Part shown: positions 1 to 11,269 of the stretch, one piece after another | How positions within the stretch are numbered: position 1 is the stretch's first letter | How the letters are laid out: every line of letters starts with the position of its first letter | Source of the DNA: Callorhinchus milii | Lineage: Eukaryota | Length of the DNA stretch: 64,000 bases | NCBI RefSeq assembly: GCF_018977255.1 | Contig: NW_024704743.1 | Span: forward strand, 116,004,001-116,068,000 | Direction of reading: 5' to 3' | Program-made: the position numbers and the translations under genes | The notes under the pieces: generated by a model | The model's database searches: none | Told to the model about the DNA's origin: nothing | The model's input: only the letters and a program-made list of their open reading frames with translations

Positions 1-187
1 CAAAAAGCAATAATAAATTGGTCATTTTCAATCCATGACTGTTTGTGGGACACTGCTGTGCGCAATTGGCTGCCGCGTTCGCTCACAAATATACAGTCAA
101 TTCACTTTACAGTATATTCTGTGAAGTGCTTTGGGACGTCTAGAAGACGTGAAAAGTGCTATATCAAATGCAAGGATTATTATTATT
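1..187 (+). mobile_element. SINE family A, 3' part (cut by window edge)
   Basis: Deu-like gactgtttgtgggacactgctgtgcgcaattggctgcc, L2-like tail and (TTA)n. Confidence 0.9.
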
Positions 188-397
188 GTTGGCCAGGGCA
201 TTGGGAGGAACTGCCTTCTCCTTTCAGATGGGATTTTTAACCTGAGACCTCAGTTTAACGTCTCACCCAGTGATACAGCACCATAACCCCCAGTCGTGCA
301 CTGATATATACTCTGGAGCAAATCCACACATGTGGGGCTTGAACCCAAAACCTTCTGGCCAAAAGCAAGAGTGCTACAAAGTGAGCCAGGCTGACAC
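188..397 (-). mobile_element. SINE family B (SacSINE1-like DeuSINE), 5' half
   Basis: Reverse strand reads gtgtcagcctggctcac...gtagcactcttgc...agaaggttttgggttcaagcccc...gagacgttaaactgagg; adjoins family A tail. Confidence 0.75.
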
Positions 398-2680
398 TTG
401 TGACTGCGGTCATCAAATTAAATAATATGGTAAGAAATTTGCTATTTTTTTAAATGCGTTAAATTTATTTATGTAAAGTCATTAAAAATGTGTTTAAACA
501 TACTCCTCACTAATTTCTCTACATGAGTAACTGAATGCCACTCTTCTCCTTGCTCCTAATAGCTTAGCATGCCTCCTCTTCCAAGAAATAATGCAGTTGC
601 CATGTACATAACCTGTCTCTGTGCTAAAAACAGACCCCAAAAGAGGAAAAAAAGTAGTCTTAAATGTGAGGGAATATTTTTTCCAACAACCTTAAGTCTG
701 CTGTGTTGCCACCTAAAGAAAACTTGATTAAAGAGAGTGTGGTGCAAGGTAGACAATGGAGGAATGTCTGAAAGTGTGCAATCATTTCAATTCACTAATC
801 CGTCAAAAATAACTCTTTGTGCTCACTCCTGTTGGAGTAAGGAATTTTGATCGATGCTGTACTTGCACTTCCAAACTGCATGGGACGTCCTCCTGACATG
901 TAATTTGTTGTTTTTGCATCCAGTGATTTGGGGGAAAACTTGGCTCTTTTTCTTCTTTTAGAATTAAAAACTTTTTTTTAAATATACTGGCAATGATGTT
1001 GTGTTGTGAAGTTGAGAGAAGATAGAGCGCTAGCAGTAGAAGGCTCTAAGATTGACTGATTGTACTGGGCTGAAGTGTGTGAAACACCTTTGCCTTTGGT
1101 GGGGAATAAAAGCAATATAAATAGTGAGGATTAGTGGCTATTTTAGGATGAATGCCAGTAGGTGGTACGTCTGCAGCAGTACTAAAGTTGTGCCTTTTGT
1201 ATTTTCTCCCATCTCTGTTTTTCTCTTCTCCTGGAGGCATTGACTCATGCTCACACCACATTCTGAGAACTCACTCGGGTGCTGTTTCTTCATGAATGAC
1301 CATGGGGGGTAGGGAGATGATGGGGAGTGGGGGTGGGGGAGTCATTGCTAAAATTAGAGATACTTTCCTTACCATTTTACCTGTATGATGGTGCCCAGTG
1401 GGTAATTTAACAGACAATTCAATCCCATACCAAATCTATCCCATTGTTATGTCCCCTTGGCTACATAAATAGACCAGTTGTAGGCTGTAAGTTTGTTTTG
1501 GTACAATTTTGCATGCTGCAAGATTACACGTATAGCCCTAAATTGAATAATCAGTTTCTGTGGAGGATTCTTAACTCGGTCAGGACCATAACATCTTTAA
1601 CATCCATTGGAACAGGTAGACGAAACTTTCGTTTGACATCTCATCCAAAGGGCAGAATAGTTTTAACAGAGCAGTAGAGACAAAGAGAACAAGTGACGCA
1701 GTGAGTGGGTGGGGATGTGAAGGGAGAGTGAGGCAGGGAATGGAAATGAGGTGAATACAAATATAAGAATTGAAAACTGTTTCAAAGATTACATTAACAT
1801 TGGGTGTAATCAGACAAATGATAGTTATGCTTATGTGTACATTGCATTTCATTATGTCACTTTGTGAAGTGGAAATGTAAATTGTTGGAGGAGACACAAC
1901 TATTTCGTATGTATATAACATATATATTGTACATAGAGTATATGCAGTAGTTAATTCAAATCTTCTAGGTGACCTTTTGCAGTAATGACTCCAAGAATTT
2001 CAATTGCAGCGCCGACGTGGTGTCTTGGTCTCAGAGCTTAACATTTGCAAACCTCCCTGCTTGGTGTTCTGAAGGCCACTAGTCATATCTCATAGCATTG
2101 GTTGTGTTTCACAGTGACAGAGGGCAGATTGTGGAGAAGCCCACAAGATGACAGGCATGCACTTGCCTAGGGGCAGGATGAGGCATGGTGCATTGCACAC
2201 TGCTGACTTAGGACCAGGCTTTCTCTTGAGGTTCCTTGTCCTTTAAAGTGACAGATTTAGAGAGACAGAGAGCACATGGGTAAGCAAACACCTCAACCAG
2301 GCACTCTCTGCCATTTAACAGTTTTCTCAAACTGCTGACATTTTCATTTCAGTTTTCCTGCCCTGCCCTTCACATTATTTCATCTGTCCCACTTTGCGCT
2401 TAACACGCTGATGAGAATCGACAGGACGCTGCCTCCCTCGTGGTGAATTACTGCTGGAAATCACCTTTGAGATTCTCTTCCTGCTGTCTGTTTAAAGAGG
2501 CAACCTAAAGAATCAATGGTGTATTCGCAGGGCGTTGGAAGGATAGGAACAGGAGGAGACCATTCAGCCTTTCAGTATGTTCTGCCAGTTCATTAGATTA
2601 TGTCAAATCTTTTAATCCCATTACCCTGACTTGTCCTCATATCCCTTAATGCACTTTCGTCCCAAATATCCATCATCCTT

Positions 2681-2683
<3 letters not shown>

Positions 2684-2711
<28 letters not shown>

Positions 2712-2760
2712 GATTCCATTTATTGAGCGCCTTTCACGTCGGGAGGACGTCCCAAGGAGT
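2684..2760 (-). mobile_element. L2 3' tail with (TTG)n/(CAA)n microsatellite
   Basis: (CAA)n followed by agcgcctttcacgtcgggaggacgtccc, the reverse complement of the L2 end at 13150-13213. Confidence 0.8.
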
Positions 2761-3039
2761 CTTCCTCTAAGTTTTTGGGGGCTTTTCCTATTCTCTGTGT
2801 GTGAGGAAATATGTTCTGATCTCACTTTACCCTCGTGACATGAATGGTGCTATATAAATGTAAATTTTATTGAACACTGCAAATCTGTTAGCTGTAAATT
2901 TGAGACTATTTTCCTTTGTTTTGATCCCTCTACCAGAGTGAAGGGTTGTTCCTTATTTAGCTTTGTTATTTTAAACATCTCAATCAGATCAACCCCTGAA
3001 CCTCTTCAGGCCTAAGGAACATAGCAGGGATTTGTAAGG

Positions 3040-3373
3040 ATAATAATAATAATAATAATAATCCTTGCATTTGATATAGCGCTTTTCACGTTGAGAGGAC
3101 GTCCCAAAGCGCTTCACAGAACACACTGTAAAGTGAATTGACTGTATATTTGTGGGCGAACACGGCAGCCAATTGCGCACAGCAATGTCCCACAAACAGT
3201 CGTAGATTGAAAATGACCAATTTATTATTGTTTTTGGTTTTGGAGGGATTATTATTAGGCTCTGTGTGGAGTAAGGAAACTTGCCCAAGGTTTCGCCCTG
3301 ACCTGCCTGGAATTGAACTCAGGTCTCTCGCTTGCAAAGCGAGTGCTCTAACCACTGAGCTACAGGACTCCAC
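3040..3373 (-). mobile_element. SINE family A, full length, short variant
   Basis: tRNA-like head (A box TAGCTCAGTGG, B box, anticodon arm CTCGC-TTTGCAA-GCGAG), Deu segment, L2-like tail, (TTA)n; nearly identical to 9992-10316. Confidence 0.95.
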
Positions 3374-6160
3374 GATGTTTAGGAAGAAAGCATTGGCTTT
3401 GATTTTATGTCACTCAATATTTGACGTTCACCCAAGTGCTTAGGCTCAGTTGGTAGCAATCTCACCTGTGGAGCAGGTTGTCTTTTCAGCCCTGCATCTG
3501 AATAAGATATTTCATTGACTGTGATGGGGGTGACGTAAGAAAATAAAAGAACTGGAAAGCCAGCTTCCACATTGAGACCGAATTATTCCAAAATGCTGCA
3601 CTAGTCGTAAACTTTAAGACAATAGTCTAATAATAATGATAATAATAATAAAAATAATCCTTGCTCTGGATGTAGCACCTTATCACATTGTTGAGACATC
3701 TCAAAGCGCTTCACAAAATATGTCAAGCGGATTGACTATGTATTTTGTGGACAAATCCTAGGGCCCTAGGGCTAAGAGCAGGAGAAATTTCGGAGCGCAT
3801 CTCAAAACACGGTTGGGTTTGTCCGAGAGTGTGCGCTCAGTCATTGGTGTGTACAATACCAATCAACACTTTGAGGGTTAATCTAGACAATGTCAGATGT
3901 ACTCTGCATGCTTCATTTGCACTGTAAGAATCTGTATTACTGAGCTCCAGCCTGAAGACCTTCCTTTGTGTTTGTCACTAGCTGACTGTTTAGTCATCTG
4001 ACAGAACTGTTTTTTTTGCGTTTAAAATGATACAGTGAGTCATTCAATTGAATGTGCCCTTAAATATGTTCAATATCTGCAGCTCCAGGTTTTTCTGACC
4101 TGTGGTTGGAGGATGTTGCCCAGACTGAATTTTCACTCTGTTCCCTATAATCCTCTTGCTCTCCAGCATTGTCGGTGTCATGATCAACAGCAAACTTGAA
4201 GCGCTTACCTCTCAAGGTTGCAAATGCAGGTATGGATAGATAGAGTGAGAACCATCATAACCAACAACTCCAATGTTACATTTTTAAACTCGGCTAATGT
4301 GGTAAAAAGCTGCACAAATGATTGTTAAAATGTGAAATGGGAAAGCATTCACTCAGCCTATTAAACTCATTTCAATTGACAGGCAATTAAGTTGAGAAGA
4401 TGCCATTCAAAGAATTACATAGATGACACAGAAACAGGTTAATCAGCCCAAATATTCCATGCCGGTGTTTATACTCCAGCATCTCCCTATTCCCCTCTGC
4501 TATACTGTTATTTCTCTCTATCCATCCCCATCTAAGATCACCCCCAAAGTATTGTGTATTTGACCTTGCCAGTCTATTCACTTTCCTGAAAAAAACAACC
4601 AAGAGGCTAAAGTTCTGTGAAATCACCCATGATGTAACCCCCGAAGCTAATTGAGTGAAATCGCATCAAATCAGTCCATCTTATAGCCCGTTTTGATCAA
4701 TCTGTCCAGCTCCGTTCCACAGAAGCAACACCTCTTTAGCATTTCTGTGTTCCCAGTGCAGTACCATCATATCTTATCTCCTATTGCAGGCTGACACTCC
4801 AGTGCCATACTGGGGGAGTGATGTACTATTGAATAGCAGGGATGACACTCACTGCCTAGACCCCCGAGTGAAGAGTGGGCACTTGGGCCTTGTGGACAGC
4901 CCCATCGTGGGTCAAGTATGTTTCGGTGTGATATCATAGTGGGGGATGGTGGGGCCTGTAGGAAAAGGAAGAAGAGCGGAAGAGTTTTTTTTCTCGAAAG
5001 CTATGTAGATCTAACTCCCTTTGTCAGGCCTGATGCAAAAGATAAACCAAGCAGCCCTCCCCAAAGCCAGGAGCCTGCTCAGCATTTTCTTCTAGGTCAT
5101 GTCATTCTGGATGGTGTTGACAAAGATTACCGTGAATCATTATGCATGAATGTTGAATAAAAGCACTTGCTTCATGGACCACATAGAAGCCACATGCCAC
5201 TTGTATGATTAATTCATATTAGCCAGCAGGCAGTTAAGTCAAGTGAAGCAGGAATTAAGGTGGTTAGCTTCCAATTAATGTGTGTTCGAGGCAGGACGGG
5301 AACACAACTTCATCCTTGTGAATCTTCATTTAATAAGGCTTGGCTTTCAAAATTGACTTGTTAAAACCTTAATCCTTCGATGTGACATGGCTGCAAGCTG
5401 AGCGTGACTGCTGGTCGAATCTTATGATGTTTGGGCTGTTTCGTATGATCTTTAGTTCTCAGTATCATGGCCAGAAGAAAAACAGAATGAGGTTACAAGT
5501 ATTTTTTTTACTATGTGGAATGCTTTACCACAAACGCCTGTTGAACCTGAGTGTAGCAGCATTTGAAAAGGGAATAGCTAAACGTTAATAAAGTAATTCA
5601 TACATGGGTAATAATAATAATAAACCTTTTATTTGATATAGCGCCTTATCACATGGTTGAGACGTCTCAAAGTACTTCACAGAATATACTGTAAAATGGA
5701 TTGTCAGTGTTATTTTGTGGGCGAAACTGGTAATAGACGGGTATGGAAGAATATATTAGGAGAGGTGAAGCGAAAACACCATGACAGACGAGTTGGACTG
5801 AATGGCCCATTTTTGTGCCATATCATTCTAAGTAATTCTATGTGAATCGCAGAAGATCAGCAGTTTATCCGCTTTTCAGATAGATGACAACGATCAATCT
5901 TGCGCAGGTTGTAAAGTTTATCATCATCACGGGCGAGAGGTTATAGCTTTGTGGAGAGACTCAAAGTTAGCAGTTTCTTTGCTGAAGTAGAGAAGGTTTT
6001 TAGTGGGGGAGAGGAATGTGACCAGAGAAAGAAGAAAAATGTTTCCAGTGATCGAGTCATTGACCAGAGAGTATAGATGAGGTTCATCACCTGAAGAGAA
6101 ACAAGGGGAGGTTAGAATACAGTTTTTTAACAAAGGGGAGTTAGAAAGAGGAATTAGGTT

Positions 6161-6462
6161 GAGTCCTATAGCTCAATGGTTAGAGCACTTGGAAGTGAGA
6201 GATCTGGGTTTGATTCACAGCAGGGTGAAACCTTGGGCAAGTTTCCTTACTCCACATGCCTAATAATAATCCCTCAAGAAAAAAATAATAAAATTATTTG
6301 CTTTAATGCTCAACTGTTTGTGGGACACTGCTGTGCGCAATTGGCTGCCGCGTTTTGCCCACAAATATAGTCAATTCACTTTACAGTCTATTCTGTGAAG
6401 CGCTTTAAGACATCCAGAAGATGTGAAAAGCGCTATATCAAATGCAAGGATTATTATTATTA
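6161..6462 (+). mobile_element. SINE family A, short variant
   Basis: Same head, body and tail as 3040-3373. Confidence 0.9.
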
Positions 6463-6465
6463 TAT

Positions 6466-6795
6466 TGTTTCGCCCACAAAATACACAGTCAATCCACTTT
6501 TATTGTATATCCTGTGAAACGTTTTGGGACGTCTCGACGATGTGATAAGATATGAAATTCAAGGATTATTATTAATAATTATTATAATGTAATAACATAA
6601 TAATAATTATAATAATGCATTTGATATTGTGCCTTATCACGTCTTTAAAACGTCTTAAAGCTCTTCACGGAATATACAGTAAAATTAATTAATTGAATAT
6701 TTTGTGGGCAGCCACGAACAGTCATGACCAAATAATTTTTTTTTGAAGAGATTATTACCCCCGGAAAGCAATCCGCCAATCGACTAACAACTTAT
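6466..6795. mobile_element. Two tail-to-tail SINE A fragments (+ 6466-6575, - 6600-6795)
   Basis: Tail motifs in opposite orientation separated by a TAA/TTA-rich spacer. Confidence 0.75.
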
Positions 6796-6810
6796 TTCTA
6801 CTTGAGGAAA

Positions 6811-8890
6811 GACCATAAGACTTGGGAGCAGGGGTAGGCCATTCAGCCGCTCAAGCTTCCCCCACCATTTAATAAGATCATGGCTGATCTTCTAACCTTA
6901 TTCCATTTACCCGCCCTATCCCCATATCCCTTATTCCCTCTATCCTTTACAAATCTATTAACCTCAATCTTGAATATGTTCAAGGACTCCACAAATTCAC
7001 TACCCTCGGTATGAAGAAATGTTTCCTCAACTCAGTTCAAAAAGGTTGATCCCTTAATCTTGAGACTGTGACCCCTAGTTTTAGATTCTCCAACCAGGGG
7101 AAACAGTCTCACGGCATTTACCCTATCAAGACTCTTAAGAATCTTATAGAAACCTATTTCTAATTCTTCTATATTCTAGAGAATATAGGCCTAGATTACT
7201 CAACCTATCCTCATAGTCAACCCCCTCATCCCAGGAACCAACCTACTGAATCTACACTGCACCCCCTCTAAGGCGAGTACGTTCTTTCTTAAATAAGGAG
7301 ACCAAAACTGCACACAATATTCTAGGTGCGGTCTCACGAAGGCCTTATACAACTGCAGCGAGACTTCCCTATTCTTGTACTCTAACCCTTTTGCAACGAA
7401 CATCAACATGGCATTAGCCTTCCTAGTTGCTTACTGTACCTGCATACTAACTTTTTGTGATTGGTGTACAAGGATATCCAAATCCCTCTGAACACTAACA
7501 CCCCCTAGTCTCTCCCCCTCTAGAAAATAATCCGCTTTTCTATTTTTACTATCCAGGTGCATAACTTCACACTTCCTCACATTATACTCCATCTGCCATC
7601 TTCTTGCTCACTCGCCTAGCCTGTCTATTTCCCTTTGCATTCTTTGTGTGTCATCCTCACAGCTTACTCTCCCACCTATCTTCGTATTGTCCGTGAATTT
7701 AGATATATTAAGTTCTATTTCCTCATCTAAATCATTGATGTAGACTGTAAATAATTGAGGCCCAAGCACTGATCCTTGTGGCACTCCACTAGTCACATCT
7801 TGCCAATCTGAGAAGGACCCGTTTATCCCTACTCTCTGTTTTCTTCCTGTTAGCCACTCTCCAATCCATGCTAATATATTACCTTCAATTCCATGGGCTC
7901 TAATCTTATGCAAAGGCCTTTTATGTAGCACCTTGTCGAATGCCTTCTGGAAATCCAAATACACCACATCTACTGGTTCCCCCTATCTAACCTGCTAGTT
8001 ACATCCTCAAAAATCTCTATAAGATTTGTTAAACATGATTTCCCTTTCGTAAAGCCATGTTGACTCTGCCTAATCATGTTATGGTTTTCTAAGTACTCCA
8101 CGACGACGTCCCTAATTAAGGACTCTAGAATTTTCCCTACCACCGCTGTCAGACTAACTGGTCTATACTTTCCCATTTTTTGTCTCCCACCCTTCTTAAA
8201 TATCGGCGTTACGTTTGCGAGCTTCCAATCACTGGGAACCATTCCAGAATCCAAGGAATTTTGGAAGATCAAAAACAAAGCATCCACTACCTCTGCAGCC
8301 ACCTCTTTTAAAACCCTAGGATGCAGGCCATCAGGTCTAGGGGATTTATCAGTTTTTAATCCTATTAATTTTTCTAGTACTATTGCTTTACTGATGTTCA
8401 TTTCTTTGAGTTCCTCACTAACATTAGCCTCCAGGTTCCCTTCTATTTTTGGTAAGATTTCAGTGTCCTCTAATGTAAAGACAGAAGCAAAATAATTATT
8501 TAATGACTCTGCCATTTCTTTATTCCCCATTATAATTTCTTCTTTCTCTGCCTTCAATGGACCCACATTCACTTTTGATAGTCTCTTCCTCCTTATGTAC
8601 TTGTAAAAACTCTTACAATCTGTCTTTATGTTCCTAGCTAGTTCACCCTCATATTTCATGTTTCTCTTAATCAGTTTCTTGGTTTTCCTTTGCTGTTTTC
8701 TAAAGCTCTCCCAATGCTCAGGTTTACTGCTCTTTTTGGCAGTATTATAGGCCTCTTCTTTTAATTTGATACATTCCCTAACTTCTCCAGTTAGCCAAGG
8801 ATGAACCACTTTTCCCATGGTACTTTTATTTTTCAAGGGAATATGTGATCACTGGGAATTATGTATTATATCTTTAAACGTTTGCCATTC
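6811..8890 (-). mobile_element. CR1 LINE, 5'-truncated, decayed ORF2 (reverse transcriptase)
   Basis: ORFs 7970-8836, 7608-7967 and 7200-7409 give [80 protein letters not shown]; frameshift near 7975; FADD decayed to FTDN; CR1-type 3' end. Confidence 0.97.
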
Positions 8891-9270
8891 AGGAGCAGAG
8901 AGGAGGAGGGGGAAGGGAATACAACAACAACTTGCATTTATATAATTTCCCTGTATGTTGGATAACATCTCAGATAACATCTTCACAGCACTAGAGTTGG
9001 CCTCTGAGCGAGGAGAAGGGAGAGTTGACCGTAGGCATGGTCAAAAACAACATTACATTTGTAAAGTGCCTTTCATGTCGGGAGGATATCCCAAAAAGGT
9101 AGGTTTCAAGGTGGGGGGGTTTAAAGGTAGATACAGCTCAAGGCAAGGGGATAGAGGAGGGGAGTTCTAGAGTTTAGGGACATAGTGATTGAAGGCTCAG
9201 CCATCAATTGTGCCATGGAAGGGGCAGGTGACACTCAGCAGGCCAGTGTTAGTGGAGGTGGAGGGGCAGA
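8890..9270 (-). mobile_element. L2 3' fragments (two subfamilies)
   Basis: caacaacaacttgcatttatata and aacaacattacatttgtaaagtgcctttcatgtcgggagg tails with purine-rich L2 body. Confidence 0.7.
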
Positions 9271-9991
9271 TTCTTCTGGTGGGGGCACCTGGCACCAGTG
9301 CACAGATGGATGATTGACATCCTTCTGCATGGCAAACGTTCTTGTTTTGTCCACACTTTCATTGCACTCCTTCGATATCAGCCGTCTGAGGAGATTCTCG
9401 GCGCTCAACTGATTATTTCTGCAGGACTCGGCTTCCTATCCCATCAACAGCAGCAACAATTTGTATTTATATAATGCCCCTCATGCAGGGTAGTGCCTCA
9501 GAGTGCTTTAATTCATTGGTCTTTAACTTCATCAGCCTTTGTTGGGGTGAACGTCTGCTTGTGTGATTCTCTGACCAGCATCCGGTGGGTTAATGAGATA
9601 TTCCCAATCAGATGATGTGTGGTGAGAAACCAAGCAAGTAGTTTACTAACACTACCATCAGGGGAGTATGAACTTTGATTTACAGAGAGACGCTTTATAT
9701 TTGCTCCCCTGAAGATACATTTGAATATTAAAAAAATCTACAGATGTATTTCTAACGAGGCTGATGTATACAAAGATTTTTCTGATCGTGAACTTCATCA
9801 TTAGATCACATTTGGTGTCAGCCTGGCTCAGTCAGGAAGTCAGGAAATTGCAAGTTCAAGTTCCACGTCAGGATCTTGAACTCTGTCCAGGCTGACACAG
9901 TAATGCAATCCAGTGCTGTGGATGTGCTACTTTGCGCCTTATCGCGTCAGCAGAATATCTGCTTCAGTGCTTCACAGGGTTTTACTTTAAT

Positions 9992-10316
9992 GTGGAGTCC
10001 TGTAGCTCAGTGGTTAGAGCACTCACTTTGCAAGTGAGAGACCTGAGATCAATTCCAGGCAGGGCGAAACCTTGGGCAAGTTTTCTTACTCCACACGCCT
10101 AATAATAATCCCTCCAAAACCAAAAACAATAATAAATTGGTCATTTTCAATCTACGACTGTTTGTGGGACACTGCTGTGAGCAATTGGCTGCCGCGTTCG
10201 CCCACAAATATACAGTCAATTCACTTTACAGTGTGTTCTGTGAAGCGCTTTGGGACATCCTCCTGACGTGAAAAGCGCTATATCAAATGCAAGGATTATT
10301 ATTATTATTATTATTA
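9992..10316 (+). mobile_element. SINE family A, full length, short variant
   Basis: Intact head and tail; possible TTAATG target duplication at 9987-9992 and 10314-10319. Confidence 0.95.
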
Positions 10317-11269
10317 ATGCTAGTGACTGACTGCATTTGCAAGCAAAAATGGCAGCCAATTTACATGCAGCGATGACTCACAAACAACTGCGAATAGATA
10401 TTAAATAACTATGAAACTTTTAAGATTTTTTTAATAATTGGGTCACTTTAGACAAGCTCCAGACACATTGTAGAGCAGCTCAGCTCCACTAAGTCAGGAA
10501 TGTTGGCAGTGGCAGGGTTTAGTTGACTGTTTCTTTGCAGATTTTTAATGCCTGGCTGTAAAATCACTGAAGGCTTAAATGGTGCAACATTATGTTGGGC
10601 ATAAAGCAGCTCTATAGAGTGCGGCCTATTTCTTTGTCACAATCATTGCTGAAGGGTCCTGTACTGTGACCTGTGATGTTGCCCTCTGGGAAACCGAGAG
10701 CAATCTTCATAGTCACAAGATGGCTGGTTCAAAAGTCAAAGTTTACGAGCTGTCCATAACTTATTTTGGCTGATGTCGGGAGAGGAATAGATTGTGGGGT
10801 GGGGAGGAGAGAAGGAAACAAAAGGTATTTTCTATGAATAAGTAAAACATGAACAGACGCAAATTGATTACTCGAGAGAGTGACCTTCAGTGGAACATGT
10901 TCTGCAATTTGTGGGAGGAAGATTGGTAGTCATGCCCTTTGGAGCAGAGGCTGAGAGAAAATGAGCCTAACTTATTATGAGCAATTTTTCTCCTTTAGCA
11001 GAAAAAACACAAGGACGGCAAAATAAGCTTTAGGCTATTCATATGGTGAATGGTAGAACTGTAGGGAGCTTACAGTACAAGACACCATTCGGTGTTGGTG
11101 CTAACATCCCAGTGGACCTGATGTTCTTTCATCCCCTCCGAATATTCCCCAGTCTGCCCATTCAGTTGAACATTAAAGATCCCACTACTCAAAAAGAGAA
11201 GGGAGTTTCTCCCGGTGTCCTGGCCAACAATCCCCCCAAATTAAAATTGGTCCTATACTTCATGGTTGT

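Noticed and set aside
43..240. Recurring peptides [11 protein letters not shown]... / KCKDYYYY as a gene family
   Set aside because: They are translations of the non-coding SINE body and (TTA)n tail
9994..10068. Genuine tRNA-Ala gene
   Set aside because: Continues directly into the SINE body and tail, the T arm is damaged, and many dispersed diverged copies exist
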